Shown here: positions 47,912 to 57,080 of the stretch, one piece after another
How positions within the stretch are numbered: the first letter of the stretch is position 1
How the letters are laid out: every line of letters starts with the position of its first letter
Source: an uncultured Alphaproteobacteria bacterium
Lineage (GTDB): Bacteria; Pseudomonadota; Alphaproteobacteria; Methylaequorales; Methylaequoraceae
Length of the DNA: 64,000 bases
Direction: 5' to 3'
NCBI GenBank assembly: GCA_902530985.1
Contig: CACACI010000001.1
Location: 134,420 to 198,419 of the forward strand
The notes under the pieces: generated by a model
The model's input: the letters and a program-made list of their open reading frames with translations, nothing else
Databases searched by the model: none
Told to the model about the DNA's origin: nothing
Program-made: the position numbers and the translations under genes

Positions 47912-48355
47912 TTGTTTAAAGTTCAAAAAAAAATTATTTATGCCATTGAAGCGGTTGTTGATATAGCACTCAATTCAGGTCCTATTCCAGTTCAAAATGA
48001 GGCAATAGCGAAGCGGCAGGGCATTCCAAAAAGATATTTAGAACAAACACTCCAAATACTTGTGAAAAGCAAAATTCTCGTTGGTTCTAGAGGGCCAAAA
48101 GGGGGTTATAGTTTAGCTAAAGAGAGAAGAAAAATAAGAGTTTCTGATATAATAAAATCTGTTTCAGATCACAACAAATCTTCGGTTAACTTTAATTCAA
48201 GCCTCTCACAAAAAATAATAATACCTTTGATAAATGATGTTGCAGGCAAATGCTTTGATCAATTTAATTCTATTTCAATTGAAGAAGTATGTGAAATTGC
48301 AAAAAAAAAAAATATACAAAAAAATATTTCCAAGAAAGTTGATTTTGTCATCTAG
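47912..48355 (+). CDS. Rrf2-family transcriptional regulator (CymR/IscR-like, no obvious 3-Cys cluster ligands)
   Basis: 147 aa with a TTG start. The wHTH reads IAKRQGIPKRYLEQTLQILVKSKILVGSRGPKGGYSLA. Confidence 0.85.
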   Translation: MFKVQKKIIYAIEAVVDIALNSGPIPVQNEAIAKRQGIPKRYLEQTLQILVKSKILVGSRGPKGGYSLAKERRKIRVSDIIKSVSDHNKSSVNFNSSLSQKIIIPLINDVAGKCFDQFNSISIEEVCEIAKKKNIQKNISKKVDFVI

Positions 48356-49304
48356 CGAATTTTCAAAAATTTACAATTCAATTGATGAAACTATTGGAAA
48401 TACTCCAATGGTAAGATTAAACAAGTTAAAAAAATATTTAAAACTCCGTGGAAATATAATTGCTAAACTTGAATCTTTTAATCCTTTGGGTTCAGTCAAA
48501 GATAGAATTGGATTAGCAATGATTGATTCAGCTGAAAAAAAAAAATTAATAACTTCTAAAACAACAATCATTGAACCGACTTCAGGAAATACAGGTATAG
48601 CACTAGCTTTTATATGTGCTTCTAGAGGTTACAAATTAATACTTGTAATGCCAGACAGTATGTCAATTGAAAGGAAGAAAATGCTTCAATTTTTTGGAGC
48701 TAAATTAATCCTAACACCAAAAAAATTGGGAATGACTGGGGCTATTAAGAAAGCAAAGGAAATTAATAAAAAAACTCCCGACAGTTTGATTTTAAATCAA
48801 TTTGAAAATCAAGCTAATCCAGAAATCCATTTTCAAACCACTGCACATGAAATCTGGAACTGCTGTAATGGAAAACTAGATTGTTTTATATCAGGAGTTG
48901 GGACTGGTGGGACAATCACTGGAGTTGGAAAATATCTCAAACAAAAAAACAAAAAAATTTTAATAATTGCAGTTGAACCAGAAGATTCGGCTGTAATAAG
49001 TGGTTCTAATCCAGGGCAGCACTTAATTCAAGGAATAGGCGCGGGGTTTTTACCAAAGAATCTTGATCTAAATATCATTGATAAAGTTCTGTCTGTAAGT
49101 AATAATTCAGCATTTTCTTTTGCTCGAATGTTAGCAAAGATTGAAGGTATTGCTGGTGGTATCTCATCAGGAGCAGTTCTTTCAGCAGCTATTGAGATTA
49201 ATGAACAAAATTCTATGAGAAACAAAAATACAGTAATAATTCTTCCATCATTTGCTGAAAGATACCTATCAACCCCTTTATTCACTGATATTACAAATGA
49301 ATAA
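48345..49304 (+). CDS. cysK: Cysteine synthase A (O-acetylserine sulfhydrylase)
   Basis: Contains IGNTPMVRLN, NPLGSVKDR (PLP Lys) and TSGNTGIALA. The track's 48234 start adds ~40 non-homologous aa inside Rrf2. An in-frame TTG at 48345 (or 48339) gives a canonical N-terminus. Confidence 0.9.
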   Translation: MSSSEFSKIYNSIDETIGNTPMVRLNKLKKYLKLRGNIIAKLESFNPLGSVKDRIGLAMIDSAEKKKLITSKTTIIEPTSGNTGIALAFICASRGYKLILVMPDSMSIERKKMLQFFGAKLILTPKKLGMTGAIKKAKEINKKTPDSLILNQFENQANPEIHFQTTAHEIWNCCNGKLDCFISGVGTGGTITGVGKYLKQKNKKILIIAVEPEDSAVISGSNPGQHLIQGIGAGFLPKNLDLNIIDKVLSVSNNSAFSFARMLAKIEGIAGGISSGAVLSAAIEINEQNSMRNKNTVIILPSFAERYLSTPLFTDITNE

Positions 49305-50052
49305 GATGAATGAACTATACCTTGAGAAGTATTCTCGGCAAATAATTATGGATAAGATTGGAATAGAGGGACAAAAAAGGATTTCAAATGCATCAATCTC
49401 CATTGTTGGTTGCGGAGGTTTAGGCACCTCTGCTGCACAATATTTATCAATGAGTGGGGTTGGATGTTTAAATTTAATTGATGACGATTTTATTGTTTTA
49501 AGCAATTTAAACAGACAAACTTTATTTACAGAAAAAGATATAGGAAAAAATAAATCAAAAATACTTTCAAAAAAAATAAAAGAAATAAACGGCACTTCTA
49601 AAATAACTTCTAATGATCAAAAAATTACATCTGAGAATATACACAAATTTCTCAAAAATGGTTCGATCATTCTTGATTGCACAGATAATTTTAAATCAAG
49701 ATTAATTATAAATAAATTTTGTCACCAAAATAAAAGAATTTTAGTTTCCGCTGCTCTACAAAATTTTGATATTCAAGCTTTTATTTTAGCTTCCTGGAAA
49801 GGAGAAAAAAATCCTTGTTATAAATGTATCTTCCCAAACCTTAGAAATGATAACAACAACAGCTGTGATGAAATGGGTATCATTGCTTCCGTTGCTGGTC
49901 TAGGTGGAATCATTCAAGCAAACCTTGCATTAAATTATATTCTTAAATTAAATAGTAATTTTAAAGAACTTATTTTATTTGATTGTATGAATTTTGAACT
50001 TAAAAAAATTACAATAAAGAAAAATAAAAGTTGTGAAATTTGCAACGAATAG
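49297..50052 (+). CDS. ThiF/MoeB-family sulfur-carrier-protein adenylyltransferase (E1-like)
   Basis: Contains YSRQI, IVGCGGLGTSAAQYL, LSNLNRQ, and two CxxC pairs (CYKC, CEIC). The start is at ATG 49297 or 49306, not 49252. Confidence 0.85.
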   Translation: MNKMNELYLEKYSRQIIMDKIGIEGQKRISNASISIVGCGGLGTSAAQYLSMSGVGCLNLIDDDFIVLSNLNRQTLFTEKDIGKNKSKILSKKIKEINGTSKITSNDQKITSENIHKFLKNGSIILDCTDNFKSRLIINKFCHQNKRILVSAALQNFDIQAFILASWKGEKNPCYKCIFPNLRNDNNNSCDEMGIIASVAGLGGIIQANLALNYILKLNSNFKELILFDCMNFELKKITIKKNKSCEICNE

Positions 50053-50054
50053 AT

Positions 50055-51041
50055 TTAGTCATAATTTAATTTGTTAACTAAATCAGGAGGTTTCTTCCCA
50101 GAAGTAAAACACTCTATATTTTTTATCACTCTCTCTCCCATTGCTATTCGGCTTTCTATAGTTGCTGAGCTAATGTGTGGTAATAAAATTACATTATCTG
50201 ATTCAAGGAGTTTTGGTGTGATTTGCGGCTCATTTTCAAAAACATCAAGACCTGCTCCACCAATTTTCTTTTGAAAAAGAAGATTTGCCATAGCTTGTTC
50301 ATCGATAATCTCACCTCTAGATGTATTGATTATAATACAATTCTTTTTTAAGAGTTTTAGTCTTTTTTTTGAGAGTAGATGAAATGTCTCAGGAGTGTAA
50401 GGGCAATGAATAGTAATAATATCTGCTTTAGAAATCATATAATCCAAATTTTCAAAGTACTGAGCATTATAATTTCTTTCTTGACTCTTATTTAAGCGTC
50501 TTCGATTATGATAAAAAATTTTGACGCCAAGTATTTTTAGTCTTTTTGCAACAGCGGACCCAATTCTTCCCATACCAATTATTCCCACAATCTTACCCTT
50601 TATTCTTTGACCCATTGTTTCACTTGGACCCCATCCAGTCCAGTTTCCATCCATTAATTGTTTTTGCGCTTCTACAACTTTTCTACTAATCATTAATATC
50701 ATTGTTAGAACCAAGTCTGCTGTATCCTCTGTAAGCACATCGGGAGTATTAGTAACTAAAACATTCTCTTCCTTTGCTGTAACTAGATCTAAGTTATCAA
50801 CGCCATTTCCGAAATTTGCTATTAATTTTAATTTTTTTCCTGACTTAATAATAGATGCATCTATGGTGTCACTGATACAGGGGATTAAAATATCAACATT
50901 ATTTATTTTTTTCTTAAGATCATTATAAGAAAGTTTCTTATCATTTTTATTTATATAAACTGTGAAATTATGTTTTAGTTTTTTTTCTATCTTTTCTGGT
51001 AGTTTTCTAGTAATCAGAATAATGATATTTTTAAGATTCAT
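50055..51041 (-). CDS. D-isomer-specific 2-hydroxyacid dehydrogenase (glyoxylate/hydroxypyruvate reductase-like)
   Basis: Contains GIIGMGRIGSAVAKR (NAD-binding), INTSRGEIIDE and LLPHISSAT. The Met at 51041 (MNLKNIIILITRKLPE) gives the typical N-terminus. The track's 51104 start is probably too long. Confidence 0.88.
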   Translation of the reverse strand: MNLKNIIILITRKLPEKIEKKLKHNFTVYINKNDKKLSYNDLKKKINNVDILIPCISDTIDASIIKSGKKLKLIANFGNGVDNLDLVTAKEENVLVTNTPDVLTEDTADLVLTMILMISRKVVEAQKQLMDGNWTGWGPSETMGQRIKGKIVGIIGMGRIGSAVAKRLKILGVKIFYHNRRRLNKSQERNYNAQYFENLDYMISKADIITIHCPYTPETFHLLSKKRLKLLKKNCIIINTSRGEIIDEQAMANLLFQKKIGGAGLDVFENEPQITPKLLESDNVILLPHISSATIESRIAMGERVIKNIECFTSGKKPPDLVNKLNYD

Positions 51042-51504
51042 ATATCTCTTCAGCGCTTTTTGTTTTTTATGTCTCTGTTTAAATATATCACCAAATGACA
51101 GCATAGCAGAAACAAAAAAAAAAATTATGACTACTAAGTTTAAAGAAGCAAACGTAAGAAATGGACCAGGTCTAAATCACCTAAAGATATATAAAATTTT
51201 AAAAAAGGGTTACCCACTAAAAATTTTAGATGAGTTTGAGAATTGGAAGAAAATTTCTGATGTAAATGGTATTACTGGCTGGGTATCTAACTCACAACTT
51301 TCAGAAAAGAACTATGTAATTGTAACAATTTCAGAGGGGGTTATTTTTAAATTCCCAAATCCAGAATCAAAAAAAATGGCAAAGATAAAAAAGAACTTTG
51401 TTCTGGAAAATCAAAAATGTATCAAGGATTGGTGTTTTATAAAAGAGGGTGAAATTAAAGGTTGGATTAGTAAAAAAAATATCTGGGGATTTAGTGATAA
51501 TTAA
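51022..51504 (+). CDS. Secreted bacterial SH3-domain protein (DUF1058-like, two SH3b repeats)
   Basis: Contains ANVRNGPGLNHLKIYKILKKGYPLKILDEFENWKKISDVNGITGWV and a second ..IKGWISKKNIWG. The Met at 51022 supplies signal peptide MIFLRFIYLFSAFCFLCLCL. Confidence 0.7.
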   Translation: MIFLRFIYLFSAFCFLCLCLNISPNDSIAETKKKIMTTKFKEANVRNGPGLNHLKIYKILKKGYPLKILDEFENWKKISDVNGITGWVSNSQLSEKNYVIVTISEGVIFKFPNPESKKMAKIKKNFVLENQKCIKDWCFIKEGEIKGWISKKNIWGFSDN

Positions 51505-51549
51505 TCATTATTTTAATTTTGCTAGAATGCAATAATAGAATTTCATTCA

Positions 51550-51963
51550 CTATTCGGTGATATTTACAATCACTTCAACAGACTGAAATACTTTTCCTTT
51601 TGGAATCTTTGGAAGTTTTGAAATTTGAACTTGATTTGTTTTTATGTCTATCAATTCACCAGACTTCTTGCAGAAAAAATGGTGGTGGTCCTTAATATTG
51701 GTATCATAAAAGATCTTATCACTAGAAATCTTTACTATCTTAACAATTCCACATTCTGTAAATTGATTGAGACAGTTGTAGATTGTAGCTAGTGATATCT
51801 TTAATCTTTTTTTATTTACTTCACTATAAATTTGCTCAGCTGTATGATGTGCGGCTCCATTCTTGAATAACAGATTTATCATATTTATTCTTTGCTTTGT
51901 AACTTTTAGAGACGAGTGTCTCAACATATCTAACGCATTATTGATATATTCATTGGAAGTCAT
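51550..51963 (-). CDS. Fur-family metalloregulator, Irr-like
   Basis: 137 aa. The wHTH reads TKQRINMINLL...HHTAEQIY. A DHHHFFC motif is present and the C-terminal Cys pairs are absent, as in Irr-type proteins. Confidence 0.8.
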   Translation of the reverse strand: MTSNEYINNALDMLRHSSLKVTKQRINMINLLFKNGAAHHTAEQIYSEVNKKRLKISLATIYNCLNQFTECGIVKIVKISSDKIFYDTNIKDHHHFFCKKSGELIDIKTNQVQISKLPKIPKGKVFQSVEVIVNITE

Positions 51964-51986
51964 AATCTAGTCTCCTATTACTGAAA

Positions 51987-53387
51987 TTACAGTCCCTTCA
52001 TTATTCTGTCAACTAATTGATTGACTTTTGGAATAAAGCCTCCCTTGTAAAATGGGTCAAGAGCAAATCTGTAAACGGAATGGCCAGCAAACATCAATTC
52101 ATTTTCTAAATTTGAAATTCCATGACTAATTTTTTGCAACGTTTTTTGAATACAAAAAGACCTGGGATCTGCTTTCTTTCCAGTTGTTCCTTTCTCATCT
52201 TGTGCCCAATTACTGAAGAGACATTGTGATAAACATCCCATGCAATCTATTTGATCTTTAACAATCTGACTTGCTTTTTTTAGAGTCACCCATATTAAAG
52301 TGTTGTTTGGTGTAGTCATTGGTTTAGAAAAACCCTTCTTAATCCATTCAATAATTTTTGATTTGTCTGAATGTTTTACATAATAGGCTCTATTTCTTGG
52401 GCCTATTTCAATTTTTTCATTAAATTCATTTGTTTGCTCCTTAAGAAAAGGAGTTTGTCTTTCAGACCTTTCCTCTAGTTCCATTAGAAAATCATTTTTT
52501 ACTGCTGATGAGTAAAATCCTGTTGGACTAAATCTGTGGAGACTAACCTCACCTTTTTTAATTGTTAAAAGTTTCTTTTTCCAAGCATCTGGAATTGGAC
52601 TTTCTTCAGTTAATAATGGTCTTGTACCAAATTGAAAAGCAACCTTGCCTATTTCGGAATTATCAATCCAATCTTCCCATTCAGAGAGATTCCAAACTCC
52701 ACCAGCCATTATTATAGGTGTTTCTTGAAGTTCAAATTGATTCATGAGTGAACGTAGATCTCTTACTCTTGGATAAGGTGGTTCTGGTTTTAGAGGGTTT
52801 TCACTGTTTGATAGTCCATTGTGGCCTCCAGCCAGCCAAGGGTCTTCATAAACCACACCGCCAAGATAATCTGAGGTTTTACGATATGACCTTTTCCACA
52901 AGGCATTAAATGCTCTAGCAGAAGAAACAATTGGATAATAATAAATTCCAAATTTAGCAGCAATTTCAGATAATTTGTATGGCATGCCAGCACCACAAGT
53001 AACGCCGTCAATAATATTTGCTGCTTTTTCTAATGTTCTAGTTAAAATCTCTTCTGCAGCTGCCATTTCCCATAAAATATTTATATGAATAGGAGCATTT
53101 TTTCCAGCAATATCTCTTGCAATCCTGGCTTGTTCAATTGCACCAGAAACTGAGAAATCAACTAACTCTCTGTGTCTTCCTGATCTAGTTCTTTCCTTAT
53201 ATACTTGAGGGATTAAATTACCTTTACTATCATATGAATCTGCATTAACCCCGGAGAACGTTCCAACTCCCCCAGCTTTTGCCCAAGCTCCAGAACTCTG
53301 ACCACTGCTCACGGCTATTCCCTTCCCACCTTCTATAAGAGGGAGAGATTCTTTACCTGACAAAATTATAGAGTCAATCTTTTTCAT
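51987..53387 (-). CDS. Nitronate monooxygenase (NMO/2-nitropropane dioxygenase, FabK-like) family flavoprotein, long form
   Basis: 466 aa. Contains PLIEGGKGIAVS, GVTCGAGMP and IIMAGGVWN, typical of the FMN TIM-barrel NMO family, followed by a ~150-aa Cys-containing C-terminal extension. Confidence 0.65.
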   Translation of the reverse strand: MKKIDSIILSGKESLPLIEGGKGIAVSSGQSSGAWAKAGGVGTFSGVNADSYDSKGNLIPQVYKERTRSGRHRELVDFSVSGAIEQARIARDIAGKNAPIHINILWEMAAAEEILTRTLEKAANIIDGVTCGAGMPYKLSEIAAKFGIYYYPIVSSARAFNALWKRSYRKTSDYLGGVVYEDPWLAGGHNGLSNSENPLKPEPPYPRVRDLRSLMNQFELQETPIIMAGGVWNLSEWEDWIDNSEIGKVAFQFGTRPLLTEESPIPDAWKKKLLTIKKGEVSLHRFSPTGFYSSAVKNDFLMELEERSERQTPFLKEQTNEFNEKIEIGPRNRAYYVKHSDKSKIIEWIKKGFSKPMTTPNNTLIWVTLKKASQIVKDQIDCMGCLSQCLFSNWAQDEKGTTGKKADPRSFCIQKTLQKISHGISNLENELMFAGHSVYRFALDPFYKGGFIPKVNQLVDRIMKGL

Positions 53388-53393
53388 ATAATA

Positions 53394-55463
53394 TTAAACG
53401 TCTTTAATACTTAATTTTACCTTACCTCTGTCATCAACTCCAATAACTTTTACTTTAACTGTATCACCTTCTTTAACAACATCTGTTGTTTTTTCAACTC
53501 TTTCATTTTTTAACTGACTGATATGAACTAAGCCATCTCTACTTCCCATAAAATTAACAAATGCACCAAAATCTGTTGTTTTTACTACTTTACCTTCATA
53601 AATTTTTCCAACTTCAGGTTCAGCAACAATTTCATTAATCATATCGGTGGCAATATTTCCCTCACTAGATTTTGATGCAAAAATAGTTATCATACCATCA
53701 TCATCTATTTCTACTTTTGCTCCAGATTTCTCACATATATCTTTAATGACTTTTCCACCAGAGCCAATAACTTCTCTAATTTTATTCTTGTCTATTTTTA
53801 TTTTTTTTATTTCAGGAGCATTTGATTTTGTTTTGCTTCTTGATTGTTTTAAAACCTTATTCATTTCCTTTAATATATGTAATCTTGCATTTTGAGCTTT
53901 GGCCAAGGACTCTTGCATAATATCTTCGGTTATACCAGTGATTTTTATATCCATTTGTAAAGAAGTAATTCCCTTTTCTGTCCCAGCTACCTTAAAATCC
54001 ATATCACCTAAATGGTCCTCGTCACCAAGAATATCTGTTAGAACAACAAATTTCTTTTCTTCTTTAATCAATCCCATTGCTATTCCTGCAATTGGTTTTG
54101 CAAGGGGGACTCCTGCATCCATTAGTGCAAGAGAAGTTCCACAAACTGTTGCCATTGATGATGAACCATTAGATTCTGTGATCTCAGAAACTACTCTTAT
54201 AGTATATGGGAAATCATCAGCTAATTTTAATATTGGATAAATGGCCCTCCAAGCAAGTTTTCCATGACCAACTTCTCTTCGACCAGTTGATCCAATTCTT
54301 CCCACTTCATTTACTGAAAAAGGAGGGAAATTGTAATGTAACATAAATTTTGATTTTATATCACCATCAAGTGTATCTAAAAATTGTTCATCAGATGTTG
54401 TGCCTAGTGTAGTAGTAACTAGCGCCTGAGTTTCTCCCCTAGTAAAGAGTGCACTCCCATGAACATTTTCTAAAAAATCAACCCTAACATCAATTTTCCT
54501 GACATCATCCAGCCCTCTTCCATCTATTCTTTTTCCAGAGTCTACTATTGATGACCTTACTATATTTTTCTCAATTTTTTTTATTTCATCCCCTAATTGA
54601 ATATCATCATCTATATCTTTTTGGAAAAGTTCTGATATCTTTTTGCGAGCTTCATTTAAGGAATCATTTCTTTTCTTCTTTTCCTTGATTTTATAAATTG
54701 GCGAAAACTCTTTAAAAGTAGCATCCTTAAGATTTTTAATAAAATCAGGCTCTTTTTTCTTAGGAATCTGCCAAGATTCTTTAGCCGATTTTTCAGCAAG
54801 TTCAATGATCTTATCAATAACACATTTAAACTCATTAAATCCAAATTGAACAGCTCCCAACATAATTTTTTCTTCAAGCTCACTAGCTTCAGATTCAACC
54901 ATTAGCACACCATCTCTTGTTCCAGCCACAACTAAATCAAGTTCGCTATCTTTTAATTCTTCTTTTGTTGGGTTTAAGATATATTCTCCATCCATGAAAC
55001 CTACTCTTGCACAAGCTAATGGACCAAGAAATGGTAAACCTGAAATAGTTAGTGCTGCTGATGCCCCAATCATGGCACAAATTGAAGGATCATTTTCTCC
55101 ATCATAATTTATAACAGTACATATAACTTGAGTTTCATTTTTAAAGTCACTGTGGAACAAAGGTCTTATAGGCCTATCGATCAATCGTGAGCTCAATATT
55201 TCATTCTCTGATGGTCTCCCTTCTCTTTTGAAAAAACCACCAGGTATCTTTCCTGCAGCATAAGCCTTCTCTATATAATGAACAGATAATGGAAAGAAAT
55301 CATTACCATGATCAGATTCTCTTGAAGCTGAAACCGTACAAAGAACAACCGTTCCGCCCAAAGTACAAGTAACTGCCCCGTCAGCTTGTCTGGCCATAAG
55401 ACCGGTTTCTAGTTTTAAAGTTAGACCCTTCCAGTCTAACTCAACAGATGAAATTTCAAACAT
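53394..55463 (-). CDS. pnp: Polyribonucleotide nucleotidyltransferase (PNPase)
   Basis: 689 aa. Two RNase PH domains, a KH domain (IGSGGKVIK) and an S1 domain ([15 protein letters not shown]). Confidence 0.98.
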   Translation of the reverse strand: MFEISSVELDWKGLTLKLETGLMARQADGAVTCTLGGTVVLCTVSASRESDHGNDFFPLSVHYIEKAYAAGKIPGGFFKREGRPSENEILSSRLIDRPIRPLFHSDFKNETQVICTVINYDGENDPSICAMIGASAALTISGLPFLGPLACARVGFMDGEYILNPTKEELKDSELDLVVAGTRDGVLMVESEASELEEKIMLGAVQFGFNEFKCVIDKIIELAEKSAKESWQIPKKKEPDFIKNLKDATFKEFSPIYKIKEKKKRNDSLNEARKKISELFQKDIDDDIQLGDEIKKIEKNIVRSSIVDSGKRIDGRGLDDVRKIDVRVDFLENVHGSALFTRGETQALVTTTLGTTSDEQFLDTLDGDIKSKFMLHYNFPPFSVNEVGRIGSTGRREVGHGKLAWRAIYPILKLADDFPYTIRVVSEITESNGSSSMATVCGTSLALMDAGVPLAKPIAGIAMGLIKEEKKFVVLTDILGDEDHLGDMDFKVAGTEKGITSLQMDIKITGITEDIMQESLAKAQNARLHILKEMNKVLKQSRSKTKSNAPEIKKIKIDKNKIREVIGSGGKVIKDICEKSGAKVEIDDDGMITIFASKSSEGNIATDMINEIVAEPEVGKIYEGKVVKTTDFGAFVNFMGSRDGLVHISQLKNERVEKTTDVVKEGDTVKVKVIGVDDRGKVKLSIKDV

Positions 55464-55482
55464 TATTGTCTCCTTATTTTGC

Positions 55483-55761
55483 CTAACGCCTTAGACCTAG
55501 AGACTTTATGATGGACTCGTATCTTTCATTACTTTTATTTTTTACATAGCTTAAAAGTTTTTTTCTCTTTCCTACAAGCTTCATCAAACCTCTTCTAGTG
55601 TTATGATCTTTTTTGTTAGATTTTAAATGTTCTGTTAAATGCTTAATTCTATTTGAAAAAATTGTGATTTGGCTCTCACTACTCCCAACATTTTCTTTAT
55701 TTTCTTTATTTTCTTTTTTACTTTCTTTTTTTAAGTTTTTACTTTTTGAAGTTTTATCCAT
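55483..55761 (-). CDS. rpsO: 30S ribosomal protein S15 with an atypical Lys/Glu/Asn-rich N-terminus
   Basis: 92 aa. The C-terminal two-thirds are canonical: [29 protein letters not shown]...LGLRR. Confidence 0.93.
   Translation of the reverse strand: MDKTSKSKNLKKESKKENKENKENVGSSESQITIFSNRIKHLTEHLKSNKKDHNTRRGLMKLVGKRKKLLSYVKNKSNERYESIIKSLGLRR
55691..55717 (-). repeat. 9-nt tandem repeat (TTTTCTTTA x ~3 on the + strand) encoding KENKENKEN in rpsO
   Basis: Read directly: ttttcttta ttttcttta ttttctttt. Confidence 0.85.
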
Positions 55762-55813
55762 TTCTATTTCCTAAACCATGAATTCATTTGACTATTATAA
55801 CATAAGCTAAAAT

Positions 55814-56728
55814 CTATGTGATCAGCAACTTTTTAGGGTGAAAATTTCTCTTTTCGATCATACCTAAAGCAACATATCTATCTGCATACTTTGCAAAAAC
55901 TAAATCATTTTTGCTACCGCTTTCATTGCTTATGTCTTCATTCATTTTAATATAATTACCTGTTAAAACTTTTTTTACTTGTTCATCACTCAAATTAATT
56001 TTTGTAACATTTTTAAAAACTACATCAATTGGATGCACAAGTTTATTTTGGTCCTCACTATGCACTAAACTCAATAAATAATCCAGAGAAATTAGTTTTT
56101 TCTTACAATCACCAAATTTAATTCTTCTTAATTCTGTTATTGTACCAACTGTACCTAATGAATCTGCTATGCTTTCGGCCAGACTTCTTACATAAGTTCC
56201 AGAGCTACATTCAACTGAAAAAATAGCTTTTTCTCTAGAGATTATATTTAATAATTTTATTTCTTTCACAAAAACTTTTCTATTCTTAGTTTGAAATTCG
56301 ATATTCTTTCGAGCCAAATTATATGCCCTGGAACCATTTATTTTTACTGATGAAAATTTAGGAGTTATTTGTTCTAAATGTCCGATATAATTATTTAAGT
56401 TGTTCTTGATAGACTCAATAGAAGGGTATTTTTTTTTTTCTTGAATAATTTCACCTTCTGAATCACCAGTGCTTGTTTTCACGCCCCACCTTACAGTGAA
56501 TAAGTACTTTTTATCAACTCGTTCAATATAACTAATGATCTTTGTAGCTGAACCTAATGCAACTGGCAGAAAACCTGACGCAAGAGGATCAAGTGTTCCA
56601 ACAAAACCAGCTTTGCAATTATGAAAAATTCGCTTAACCTTTTGTAAAACAAAATTGGATGTAACACCAATTGGTTTGTCTAAAAAGAACCATCCATTCA
56701 CATGATTATTTTTCACCCTAAGTTTCAA
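55814..56728 (-). CDS. truB: tRNA pseudouridine(55) synthase
   Basis: 304 aa. Contains GWFFLDKPIGVTS and GFVGTLDPLASG (catalytic Asp). Confidence 0.95.
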   Translation of the reverse strand: MKLRVKNNHVNGWFFLDKPIGVTSNFVLQKVKRIFHNCKAGFVGTLDPLASGFLPVALGSATKIISYIERVDKKYLFTVRWGVKTSTGDSEGEIIQEKKKYPSIESIKNNLNNYIGHLEQITPKFSSVKINGSRAYNLARKNIEFQTKNRKVFVKEIKLLNIISREKAIFSVECSSGTYVRSLAESIADSLGTVGTITELRRIKFGDCKKKLISLDYLLSLVHSEDQNKLVHPIDVVFKNVTKINLSDEQVKKVLTGNYIKMNEDISNESGSKNDLVFAKYADRYVALGMIEKRNFHPKKLLIT

Positions 56729-57080
56729 TCTTATGAGGGTTTTGTAGTTGAAATCTTAATTTAGGTGTGTATCTAAGTTTTATTTTTTTAGAGAATTCTT
56801 TCCTAATTTTTACTGAATTTTCTTCAATCACTGAGAGAATTTCTTTTTCTTTAACTTCAATATCAACTTTTAAGGTTTCAACAGAAACATTAGCTACTCT
56901 ACCATCTCCAGATAAAAAAACATTAGATACAAAAATAATAATATCTTTTCCATTAGAATCGCTAAAATGTTGTGTTAGAAAAATTTCGGCAATAGTCTTT
57001 TTTATTAATGAAGAAATTTTATCAATTCTTGACTTTTTTCTCTCTTCCTTAATTTTTTCTAAACTAAGGTTTTTTTTCAT
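56718..57080 (-). CDS. rbfA: Ribosome-binding factor A
   Basis: 120 aa. It lies between infB and truB. Contains R..KI..LI...I..I and LRYTPKL. Confidence 0.88.
   Translation of the reverse strand: MKKNLSLEKIKEERKKSRIDKISSLIKKTIAEIFLTQHFSDSNGKDIIIFVSNVFLSGDGRVANVSVETLKVDIEVKEKEILSVIEENSVKIRKEFSKKIKLRYTPKLRFQLQNPHKIET

Noticed and set aside
48234-48344. Long N-terminal extensions in the ORF track for cysK (48234), the thiF-like gene (49252), the dehydrogenase (51104), the SH3b gene (50962), the DUF2007 gene (26064) and the ABC ATPase (21979)
   Set aside because: The extensions are low-complexity, overlap the preceding gene extensively and have no counterpart in the conserved N-termini of these families. 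Internal ATG or TTG starts give canonical protein lengths.
51505-51549. Palindromic GAATG...CATTC / AATAATAGAAT sequence resembling a Fur box near the fur-like gene
   Set aside because: It lies downstream of both convergent genes (the SH3b and fur-like 3' ends), not in a promoter. The match to the Fur-box consensus is loose in an AT-rich background. At most it is a weak shared 3' hairpin.
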